DNA of 63,944 nt, counting the filler, from Chiloscyllium plagiosum (Eukaryota): NCBI RefSeq assembly GCF_004010195.1. It is 5 parts of one record of this genome, joined end to end, with 100 filler letters (N's around TTAATTAATTAA, not from the genome) between each part and the next. Parts side by side here need not be neighbours in the genome. Positions count along the whole stretch, not along the records: positions 1 to 18,828 come from NC_057714.1; 4 more parts are not named here. One strand, written 5' to 3'. Position 1 is the first letter of the stretch. Each line of letters opens with the position of its first letter. The position numbers were made by a program, and so were the translations under genes. The notes below the pieces were generated by a model. That model had not been told where the DNA came from. It saw only the letters and a program-made list of their open reading frames with translations, and did not search any database. Shown piece after piece: positions 1 through 10,760 of this stretch.

Positions 1-108
1 GAGGTGGGGAGGAGCTCGAGGTGGAGGTGGTTGTTGAGGTGGGGGAGGAACTCGAGGTGGAAGTGGTTCTCAAGGTGGGAGAGGTTCTTGAGGAGGGACT
101 GGTGCTGG
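1..108 (-). repeat. Degenerate 18-bp tandem repeat (Pro-rich reading on minus strand)
   Basis: Minus-strand units CCTCAAGAACCTCTCCCA / CCTTGAGAACCACTTCCA / CCTCGAGTTCCTCCCCCA / CCTCAACAACCACCTCCA; runs off the window edge. Confidence 0.6.
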
Positions 109-269
109 GATGAGTCTAATCCTATCCTCTATTTTTTCTCTTCTTCCTACTGGACTTGTCTTCTTTGTGTCTAGTTTCCTTTGTTGTCAGATGAGACTTT
201 CCATTTTCACACATCCACACCTTCATTTAAGCCTAGTTTTATGCTCTCATTTTCTTTCATTCCAAATAC

Positions 270-500
270 CAACTCCTTTGTCTTTTGTACTGGACCTCAC
301 ACCATGTGCCCTTGCCTATTCGTCCGCTTTATGCCAAAAGTATAATGAACTCCAGTTTCTGACCCCTTGCAGTTTTGACAAAGAGTTGTGTTGATTTTGA
401 AACATTGTCTTTGTTTCTTTTTCCACAGCTGCTGCCAGGCCTGTTGAGTTCTCTCCTGAACTGTCTGTGTGTGTTTCAGTTTTTCTGCAGCCACAGTATG
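270..500 (+). mobile_element. Decayed Penelope-like terminal repeat (pLTR) fragment
   Basis: cagttttgacaaagag...gaaacattg...tccacagctgctgccaggcctgttgagtt resembles the pLTR end at 57240-57370. Confidence 0.5.
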
Positions 501-1119
501 TTCCCTTTATTTGCTCATCTGCCTGTATGTTTCGGAGGCAGAAGAATGAGGATACTTTATGGCCTAGCCCAATCTGCCGATACTGGAAATGTTTCTGTTT
601 GATGTGAGCAAAGAGTCCCAGACCATACATTTAATTCATTTATTTGCAACATTAACAAACAGAGGCCATTCACTCCTTTACACCAATAACAGCCCTTTGA
701 CGAGCTATTGAATTACAATCCCTCCTCCCCTGCACTATCCCTAGAGTCCTGAAAGGTTTCTTTTAAAGTACATTCACAATTTCCTTTTGAATGTTACTTT
801 CAATCTGCTATCAGTCAGTGCACAATAGGTCATAACAACTTAAAATAATTCTCATCGGTTTGCAGCTTTTTTTCTTCAATTGCAGCAACTCTCCTGTCTG
901 GTGAAAATATTTCACCTTCTACAGTCTGCAAACTCTTGCTCGCTAGGTCTGGCTCACTCTTTTCCAAACCATGCTTTTGCCTCTCCCAAAATATCACCCC
1001 ACTTTTTGCATTTAATCTTGCTGGAAACCGTTTAATTTTCAGGTTCTTGTATCCATAGGCTTGCCTGACCATTGAATTTGATGGATTTTGAACAATGTTA
1101 AAAACAAGCAGGAATGGTA

Positions 1120-4100
1120 GAAAGGTTGTGTGAAGATTTGTAGCTCGCGTGCTGGTTGTCGTGGTTGTGGGTATGTTTGCCGAGCTGGGAAGTTGATTTG
1201 CAGATGTTCCGTCCCCTATCTGGGTGATATCTTCAATGCTTTAGAGCCTCCTTGTGAAGCGCTGTTGTACTGTCTCTTCTGGAATGTATTTGGTTCCGTT
1301 CCTGCTGCTTCCAGTTGCCGATTCCAGTTGTTTGTTGTGGCTAGGTAAATGTGCTTGTTGATAGTGCCATGGATGAGTGCCATGCTTCTAGAAATTCTCT
1401 GGCTATCCTATCTTTATCATTGTCACCAGTCAAATTTGTAGTTCCTGTATGGCTACTGGGGACAGCTGGTCATGGCGTTTAGTGGCTAGTTTGTGTTCGT
1501 GGATGTGGATTGCCTGTTCGTCCTAGATAATGTTTTGTGCAGTCTTTGCATGGGATATTGTAAATTACATTAGTCTTGCACATGATTGGTATAGGGCCTT
1601 TTGTTCTGGTGAGTTGTTGGCTGAGTGTGGCTGTCTGTATATGGGCAGTTATGAATCCCAGTGGGCGGAGAGGTCTGGCTGTCAGTTCCAAGGTGTACTG
1701 CAGCATGGCTAGTGAGTTAGGTCATGGCATGGCATCATCGTGATGCTTGTCTGTTAGGCATCTGCGGATGAAATTGGGGGTCTAACCGTTTTTGGCAAAT
1801 TTTACTCTGTAGAGGTTTTCTTCTTCTTCCCTTCATAGGTCAGGAGTGTTGCAGTGTGTTGAAGCCCTTTTGAACAAGGTCCTAATGCAGCTTCTCTTGT
1901 GTGTGTTTGAGTGGTTGCTGTTGTAATTCAAGACTTGGTCAGTTTGGGTGGCTGTCCTGTACACTTTTGTGGTGTATTGACCACACTGTTCTTTGTACCA
2001 TCACATCCAGGAATGGGAGTTGATAGTTGGTTTCCTTCTCTCTCATAAATCTGATCCCTGTGAGTATGGTGTTGATGATCCAGTGTGTGTTTTCAATTTC
2101 CATTCCTTAATGATAACAGAAGTGTCGTCTACATATCTGATCCATAGCTTGGGTTGGATTTGTGGTAGGGCTGGTTGTTCCAATCTTTGCATTATAGCTT
2201 CTGCTAAGAGCCCAGAGATGGTTGAGCTCAAAAATAAGTGTTCCATTGTTCTGTTCAAATATTTAGTTGTTGATTGTGAAGTGTGTTGTGAAGCACAGGT
2301 CTAGTAGTTTGAGCATGCAGTCCTTGTTGATAGTTCTCCGTCGTGTTGTCCTTCCTGATTGTCCAGGAGATTGGTTATTGTCTGTGTGGCTAGAGTTTTG
2401 TCAACTGGTGACCAATGCCATTACATCAAATGAGACAATTGCATCGTCTTTGTCTATGTTTATGTTCTTGATGTTGTCTCAGAATTCTTGTGGTGATTGT
2501 ATGAGGTGTTTGGATCCACTGATAAGCGTTTTAGGTTTTGTTGGAGTTCTTTTGCCACGTTATGCAATGGCCTGCCTGGCACTACCACAATGGGTCTAAG
2601 TGGTATGTCTGGTTTGTGTACTTTGGGTAATCCATAAAATCTTGGGGTGTTCTTGCTTTTTGGTTTCATCCTTTGTAGGAAGCAAAACAACCGCAGATGC
2701 TGGAATCCAAAGTAGTCAGGCAGGAATCTGGAAGAACACAGAGAGCCAGGCAGCATCAGGAGGTAGGGAAGTCGACGTTTCAGGTCCTGAAGGAGGATAA
2801 CTCCTGAAATGTCAACTTCTGCACCTTCTGATGCTGCCTGGCTTGCTGTGTTCTTCCATCCTCCTGCCTGTCTACTTCATCCTTTGTAGGTCAGTCCTGG
2901 TTATAATTAATTTGTTTGAAGGTTCTGTAGTGTGTTGTTTATTCTATTGGTTAGCTGTGACATGGGGTCAAATTCCACTGTAGGTAGATGTCGGCATGTG
3001 TAAGTAGTTTCTCTGCTTTCTGAATATATTCAGTCTTGTCCACGATAACCATCATTCTGCCCTTGTCCGTTGGTGCTATGATTATGTTTTTGTCATTTAT
3101 GTGTGTTTTTCGGGCTTCTCTGTCTTTGGTGTTGAGGTTGTGCGTTTGTCTTTTCTTTGTTAGTAAGGGGACAAAAGCTTGTCTGACTGTTTGCTGTGTC
3201 TCTTCAGTTAGTCCTTTAGTTCTGAGCGTACATTCTAATGCAGCTAGGAAGTCTGTTGTTTTTGTGGTTGTGGTTGTGGTTGAGTCTCTTGGCTAGTACT
3301 GCTTTATCTGTGTCTGTGAGCTGTTTGTTGGAGAGGTTTCTAACACAGGTGTCTGTCATGTTTTCTTTTCTGCTATTGTTTGGCCCAGCCACTTTGTCTT
3401 GTAATGCTGTTCTCTTGCTGTATGTGGTTCCATTCTGTCCGATGGTGATGACCTGTTCAATTGTCACAGCCCACTTCTGATTAGTTGTTTGTGAAATTAG
3501 GGATATTTGACATGCAATTACTTGTCTGTACCTGTGAAGTCTATTGTGTGCATCTGTAATCATAACCTGGATCCTGAGACTGTTTTGTCTGACTGTTACC
3601 CTAGATTGTGGGTAGTTGATTGGTGATCTGTACCTGGCACAGGATGGTAGTATTTGATTCCTTTGGCATCCATATAGGAATTGAAGTAGTTCATAGGTAG
3701 CCTTTAGGCAGTTGGCACAGGATTCCCATTTTCTCACTTGTCTTAGTGTCTTTCGCCCGTAGGGTCCAAGTTTTGTGTAAAGATTTGTGGCTCGCGTGCC
3801 AGTTGTTGTGGTTGTGGGTATGTTTGCCGAGCTGGGAAGTTGATTTGTAGATGTTTTACTCGCCTGCCTAGGTGACATCATCAGTGCTGTGGAGCCTCCA
3901 GTGAAGAGCTGCTGTACTGTCTCTTCAGGAATTGATTTGGCTCCGTTCCTGTTGCCTGTTCCAGTTGTTCATTATAGTGGCCAGTATATTGGGTCTAGGT
4001 CAATGTGCTTGTTGATAGAGTCCATGGATGAGTGCCATGCTTCTAGAATTTCTCTGGCTGTCCTCTGTTTAGCTTGTCCTATGATCGTTGTGTTGTCCCA

Positions 4101-4310
4101 GTCAAATTTGTGGTCCTTACCATTTGAGTGTATGGCTACTGGGGACAGCTGGTCGTGGCATTTAGTGGCTAGTTGGTGTTCGTAAATGCAGATTTCTAGT
4201 TGTCTGCCTGTTTGCCCTATAGGATGTTTCATGCCGCCTTTGCATGGAATCTTATAAATTACGTCAGTCTTGCACATGATGGGTATAGGGTCTTTTGTTC
4301 TGGTGAGTCA
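1120..4310 (-). mobile_element. Penelope-like element (Penelope/Poseidon type), near full length, decayed, with upstream partial tandem copy (~3780-4310)
   Basis: Minus-strand fragments: N-term VRNLSNKQLTDTDKAVLAK (3216-3881), TPRFYGLPKVHKPDIPLRPIV (2460-2756), RT WIRYVDDT (2043-2258), GIY-YIG NVIYNIPCKDCTKHYLG (1479-1706); 3' end repeated at 3780-4310. Confidence 0.9.
2680..2875. mobile_element. 196-bp fold-back insertion derived from a Penelope-type pLTR
   Basis: 15-bp TSD TTCATCCTTTGTAGG at 2665-2679 and 2876-2890; inverted arms ~2711-2784 and ~2803-2875. Confidence 0.85.
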
Positions 4311-4980
4311 TCGGCAGATGCCTAACAGACAAACATCACGATGAGGCCATGCCACAACCTAACTCACTAGCCACTCTACTGTACATAAAAAACGTCTCGG
4401 AACTGACAGCCAGACCTCTCTGCCCACTGGGATTCATGACAGCCCATAAACTGACAGCCACACTCAGACAACAACTCACCAGAACAAAAGGCCCTATACC
4501 CATCATGTATAAGACTAACGTAATTTGCAAGATGCCATGCAAAGACTGCATGAAACATTATATAGGACAAACAGGCAGACAACTTGTAATCTGCATCCAC
4601 AAACACCAACTAGCCACGAAACACCATGTGTCCCCAGTAGCCATACACACAGATGACAAGGACCACAAATTCGACTGGGACAACACAACAATCATAGGAC
4701 AAGCTAAACATAGGACAGCCAGAAAACCTCTAGAAGCATGGCACTCTTCCACTGATTCTATCAACAAGCACATAGACCTAGACCCAATATACCAGTCACT
4801 ACAGCAAACAACCGGAACTGGCAACCGGAAGCAGCAGGAACGGAACCAAATCAATTCCAGAAGAGACAGTACAACAGTGTTCCACAGGAGCTCCAACACA
4901 CTGGAGATGTCACCTAGACAGGGGGGGATGAAACATCTGCAAACCAACTTTTCAGCTTGGCGAACATACCCATAACCACC
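4310..4980 (+). mobile_element. Inverted 5'-truncated copy of the same Penelope element (GIY-YIG domain + pLTR)
   Basis: ORF 4349-4975: NVICKMPCKDCMKHYIGQTGR...LEAWHSSTDSINKHIDLDPIY, the mirror image of 3972-4277(-). Confidence 0.9.
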
Positions 4981-6249
4981 ACGGTAATGGTAGCAAATCA
5001 TCCCCAGTCTCATTTTATTGCTTGAACAATTAAGAAACTGCAAGTTTTTGATTTTATTTTCACTGAATAAAGCACATTTTTAGAGCAGTAATTTCACAAA
5101 GAAATGCCCCTTTAAAGTGCATTTTTTAAAAGGACACATGACAGTCCAAATGCTGATCCATAACTAGGTAAAAGTGGCCTGTGCACAATAAAAGAGATTT
5201 TGAAGAAAACTAAACGGATATGAGAATTGCAGGCAGTGCAAAGTAAATGAGACATATGTTACCTAAATTGCATTTCTCTGTAACTGCCACTTATAATACC
5301 ATTTAATCTGAGTAAAGCATCGAGTGCTTCATAATTTTATATTACAGCCCATTGCGCTGCATCATTTTTCAGCTTTATTGTTTTGCGGTCCAATATCACA
5401 GGATTATACTGATCCACTATTTGAATTGTAAAAAAATTGGAAAATCTTTACATGAGGTAAAGCCCAATTAGCCAGTGAAAGCTAGATTCCGCTGGGCCCT
5501 GTTAACAACCTCTCACATCAAAATACATATTATATGGGCGACAATTAACAAAGATGAAAATCGATCCAACACACAGTAAAATGAAAGGAGAATAAAAAGT
5601 AAAACATTATGTACAAATACTGTAAATCTGCAGGCTTCTTCGCTAACATGGCTCAGATAATAAAGGTCCTTCCCATCAGGAAGGTCCCAGATTTATTTTC
5701 TGGTCTGTGGTGAAATATTGAGGCTGTAAAATTCTGATGCATATTTGTGGGTGCTGCTTCAGGTCCAAAATTTCATTTTGGTGAGATCATTAGTGCAGAT
5801 ACTGGGAACATCGGACAGGAAAATGCAGAGAAGGCAGTATTTAATGTAATTCTAGCAAAGCTGTTTTTGACTTCGCACTATAGCTAAAGCCTTAATCTCC
5901 CTCAGCTGAACACAAGCTCAACAGCAGTATGGAACCCCATCAGTGCTGTTTAAATAGATGATCAATTACTTTGAGTTTAACTGCTGATGAATTTTGCTAT
6001 TGCTGAGTTAGTACAATTGTTTCATTATTTAAGTTTTCTGAAGCATAAAGGGTCTGATGAGACATTGCTGAAGGGTTGCTTTTGGCTTTGAATGTTTGGC
6101 TTGGATCACTTGCTCCCGATCCCTGGTGCCATAATTTCTATTCCTTGACCTGAATCATGCCATGAAGAATGAGCTGATGTGTGATGGAGGGAGCCAAATT
6201 CTTAGAAGAGTGAGACAGAGGAGGAGGAGAAGTGCCCTCAGTGGAACAT

Positions 6250-7150
6250 CCTCGATATTTGGAGAATAATGTTCCTACCTTGACCTAAGCATGATACAGC
6301 ACATAGAACATTTCTACTTCACAGGGAGATTCTCGTTGAAATCTGACAGCTATTGCAGGCAGATGCTCAATGTATACCAGAGCAAGGATGGTACTGCCAA
6401 TGGCTGCAAAAATGCCCATAATCATGAATGCTTGAGCAGAGGACCACCCTAACATCTCAAAATGTTCACAGATCTTTGTTGTATAAGAAAGATGACTGCT
6501 ACACTCCATTTGAGGAAAGGGGAATACATGACGTGCTACCTTTCCCGAGAGTAGCAGGCAAAATATGCACACAGCTTAGTGAAGATGATGACTTCCCTAA
6601 GATTAGGTTGCCAATGACTGCACGCAAGGGGCTCTGTGGCAATACATCTGAATTCAAAGATGTACCACAACCACAAAGGGATTCACGTCTTCAATGTGCA
6701 TCTGCTGTGAGGCCATCCTCCACAGATTGCATTTGTCAATACCAGGTTTCCTGGCAGCAATCTCAATGCTTTTGCTTTGCACCAGTCCCCTGTATCATCA
6801 GCTTTTCAGCCACTGCAGGAAATCAAAGAGAGGCTGCTAATCAGCTGACCCTGGGCTCATGTCCCTAGTTGACAATGCAGGAACAGTTGGTTATATAACT
6901 GGAGCCAGACAAAGTGACATCAAGCAGATCATTATGGTTTTAAGCAATATTTCTGTTTCCTGGATCCCTTTTGGCAACATTGTGCTGATCAGATGTCAGA
7001 TTTAACATGGCATCTTGTGCCTTTAACAATGTCACTAGCTTGAGAGCACAGCCCTTATGATCAGGACTCTGCTGGACAGCTGAAGAGGATGAGGCCAAGG
7101 ATAAAGAAGAGAAGAAGGGGAATGGAGCAAACTACCACGCATCCTATTTC
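6250..7150 (+). mobile_element. Heavily decayed PIF/Harbinger DDE transposase remnant
   Basis: KGIHVFNVHL (~6677), NTRFPGSNLNAFALHQS (~6738; cf. HARBI1-family ARWPGSxHDxxxLxxS), CAFNN-like (~7017), acidic tail. Confidence 0.6.
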
Positions 7151-7964
7151 TGGGCAGGCTGCTGGTTATCAAGTCCGTTGACTGTGATATCTAAGAACGC
7201 ACCTTCAATTTCCCATTCCCCAGCAATAACTATTAGAAAACATTATATGTCAATTTCATAATATGCAATATTCCATTCAGAAGTCAAGTATTGACCCAGA
7301 ACATTACTTTAGCATGTATCTTCTGTGTTACCTGGTCTAGTGATCCCACACAGTGTTAACTCAATCTCTGCATCATGGCTGGTAGAAGGCTGCTGATGTT
7401 CATGGAGGGGATTGAACAGCAGTCCTGGATCAAGATGGTCCAGCTTTGAGCTGCCACCATCTTAGCAGGAGCAGACTAGGCTGCCTGGTGGACAGGCAAC
7501 ATCATGGGCACTGCAAGAATGACAGCTGGAAGCATCACTATTTTCAGCCTAAGAGTGGTGGGAAGTTTGTGCTCTAGATGGTCACTGCTATTTGCTCAGA
7601 AATTGCAGAAATCTGCTGGAGTGCAGGTTGTTGGATTGCTGAGACAGTCTGCAATCCCTTTGGCCAATAGTGTCCAAGCTGTGATGGCAGATGTTTATGC
7701 CTGCACAGCACTGTGCTGTACTCGCCTGACTTCACTATGAGCTCTCAATTTAGTGCAGAGTTCATTCAATTTATGCAGCAATAGAAACTGAGATATTGAC
7801 TCTCAGAGATGACGTCGTGCTTGGATGCATGGGTGCAGTAATGGAGTAGGCCATGATTCTTTTGCTAGATACAATGGACTAAAAGCTATGCATTAACCTA
7901 CTGTACAATTTGTGTTGGACTCCTCTGTGCTTTTTGACAGTAACCAAATTTCAGACAGGCCATA

Positions 7965-8560
7965 TCATGGAGTCATAGGGATGTACAGCACAGAGACAGA
8001 CTCTTCGGTCCAACTTGTCCATGCTGACCAGATATCGTAAACTGATGTAGTCTCATTTTCTAGCGTTTTGCCCATATACCTATAAATCCTCCTATTTATG
8101 TACCCATCTCGATGCCTTTTAAATGTTGTAATTGTACTAGCCTCCACTACTTTCTCTGGCAGCTCATTCCATACACAGACTGTGTTATGTGTGAAACGTT
8201 GCCCCTTATGTCACTTTTATATCTTTCCCCTCTCACCCTAAACTTATGCCCTCCCGTTTTGGACTTCCCTCCTTTGGGGAAAAAGCCCTTAGCTATTTAC
8301 TTTATCCATGCCCCTCATAATTTTATAAACCTCTATAAAGTCACCCCTCAGTCTCCAGGGTAAATAGCCACAGTCTATTCAGCCTTTCCCTACAGCTCAA
8401 ATCCTCCAAGCTCAGCAACATCCTTGTAAATCTTTTCTGAATGCTTTCAAGTTTAACAACATCTTTCCTATTGTAGGGAGGCCAGATTTGAACATCGTAT
8501 TCTAAAAGTGTCCTACCCAATGTCCTGTACAGCCGCAACATGATGCTCCAAATTCTATAT
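7965..8560 (-). mobile_element. CR1-type LINE 3' fragment
   Basis: MLRLYRTLGRTLLEYDVQIWPPY..KLESIQKRFTRML; GAGTCATAG-type 3' tail. Confidence 0.9.
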
Positions 8561-8923
8561 GCTATTTATGTGTGAATTTGTTGGCACTTACCTTGTACAG
8601 TGCCCCATTCAAGTCATCCTCTGAGACCCCTGTAGCAGATTGAGGGTGTGACCTTGCTATCTAGTGTGCTGACATTACCCTTATTTCTGGCTACAGTTTA
8701 CTCACAGCTCCTGTCTCACTGTGCAGATCTCCCCTCTAAAGTACCCTTTAAAGTAGAGCCAGTGTCAGTATCTGAACTGGTGGCTGTCAGCATTACAGTG
8801 AGGAGCAATGCGTCTTCCTTTAACTCTAACTGTCCTGCCACTATGGCCTGGTGAGGTAGCAATGCTCAAATATCTGAAAGGGAAGTAACAAAATGGCAGG
8901 TGTTGCCCATCTCTGGGAGACAA

Positions 8924-9432
8924 TGTTATATACATAGACAAAGATACAGCGGAGACACTTAGAGCTCTATAAAACGCAATTAATATTTTATATACTTTTA
9001 AAAAAGCACACTTTTAACTACTGGAGTTATCTTAATCTTTCACTGTCATAATTTCTGTAACTAAACGCTATTACCCAGGAGAGTTGACAGCTGGCCAGGC
9101 TGAAACTCTGTTTGACATCTTTACCACGCCTCCTCATGTAGGGTACTTCTTACAGCGTGAATCTTCAAAGTGCTGCTGAATAAAGGGAATTCTTCATGCT
9201 CTTTGTACACAAGTCTTTGTGCCCAGTGTGTGCCTTATTTTGAGTTATCCGTACACGTGAGGAATCCTGAATGTTTTGTCCAAATGTATGCCTTATTTGG
9301 TAGAGATAGCAGTTACTGATTTCCTGCTGTTTAACTCTTATCGGACCTGTGTGACCCAGCGTAGTTCCATTCACATAACAACCCATTATTCAGTTTTTTA
9401 TCAGTTCCTGTTATCTTTAGCCTTATCCCACA
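8924..9432 (-). mobile_element. 3' LTR (TG...CA) of an env-bearing LTR element
   Basis: Minus strand: polypurine tract AAAAAGGGGGGAGA (9433-9446) directly followed by TGTGGG at 9432; probable TAACA end at 8924. Confidence 0.6.
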
Positions 9433-9553
9433 TCTCCCCCCTTTTTATCCAAAGATTTATCTGAGGATCATGCCTACTGGGTTTGCTATATCCTCCAGGG
9501 CATATCCAGACAGTGGTGAGCATTACCTCCTTACAGCGATGTGTTCTCAATAA

Positions 9554-9840
9554 CACACATGAAAGAAGCTGCACACATGAAAGAAGTGAAACTATCACTG
9601 TATTCTAACAGATGAAAGGCTTAACAGGCAATCAATTCTTCAATGTATAATTTCAGTTACATCACACTGCAAATTTTTGCTATAAATTCTGTGTTACGAT
9701 CGAGCCCTCCACAATCAGCTGATGAAGGAGCGTCGCTCCGAAAGCTAGTGTGCTTCCAATTAAACCTGTTGGACTATAACCTGGTGTTGTGTGATTTTTA
9801 ACTTTGTTCACCCCAGTCCAACACCGGCATCTCCGAATCA
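9554..9840 (+). mobile_element. Short non-coding Penelope-pLTR-type element carrying a hammerhead ribozyme motif
   Basis: 10-bp TSD TTCTCAATAA (9544-9553, 9841-9850); CTGATGA-AGGAGC-GTC-GCTCC-GAAAGCTA at 9719-9747; related copy at 59315-59590. Confidence 0.8.
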
Positions 9841-10088
9841 TTCTCAATAAAGCATTACTTCAGTTGTTGTATCTCAAATGCCAATTAGATCACTGTACTT
9901 ATCAAAACAATAGTCATAAGCGTCAACAAAGTTAGAAAGCAGTTTTGCTCCACAGTAAATTTGTTGTCATAACCTTTTCATATCTTGTAAAATACACATA
10001 ATCTCAATGCAAATGACAATTGAATGAATAGTAAGAATACTGTAAACTAGTTATGTTTACATTATTCCTACTCTATGATAAGCAAAAA

Positions 10089-10760
10089 TCACAAACCCTC
10101 TTCCGTATGAGCTATCCTTTGGTATCTGAGAGCAATCTCCTTTATCAGTTCCTTCCATTTCTTAATAGTCAAAATAAGACTATCACTACAACAGGTACAA
10201 CAAATTATGGTACAACAATCATATGAGACACAATTCTGATACATGGATCGACCTGAGTGTTTAGTTCCCAATTCCAAATTTTACTCCAGAAACTTGGAGC
10301 CTGCAAGTCTCTCTTTGCCTGTTCTACATGAGTTTTAATCTCCTTCTCATGTGTAGCCCATTTATGGATAACTTCCTTTGCCCCAAAAATGATCTTCACC
10401 CAGTCTGCTGTGAAGTATGGAATAGGTGGAAGCTCTGTAGGTACGAATTGGTGTAAATCATCGTCCGTATCATTTGGGTGGGTGGGCAGAGTGATGTCCA
10501 GTTTCTCATCGGGTTCTGGCTTCAGCAAAATTTGGCAACTAGTGGTTAAATTGAAGAGATATCGCTGATAGCCACATTTTGTTTCCATCTAAGGATTAAT
10601 TTTGTCATAGACTATGTAACAGACAATTCTGCTTTCTTGGTCAATAGGGCAAAGATTGGAAAGTAGGTTTTGAACTGCACAGGAACAGGCCATGGCAACA
10701 CAAAAACCTACATTTCTTCCCAACACACGACCTTTGCCATGACATTTGTTCAAACATGTA
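10089..10760 (-). pseudogene. Env-like (viral fusion glycoprotein C-terminal half) remnant
   Basis: Cys-rich segment, N-glycosylation sequons NLT/NDT, helical segment, Trp-rich FWSKIWNW, hydrophobic IVSHMIVVP*FVVPVVVIVL, basic tail KKWK; lies upstream of PPT+LTR. Confidence 0.6.
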
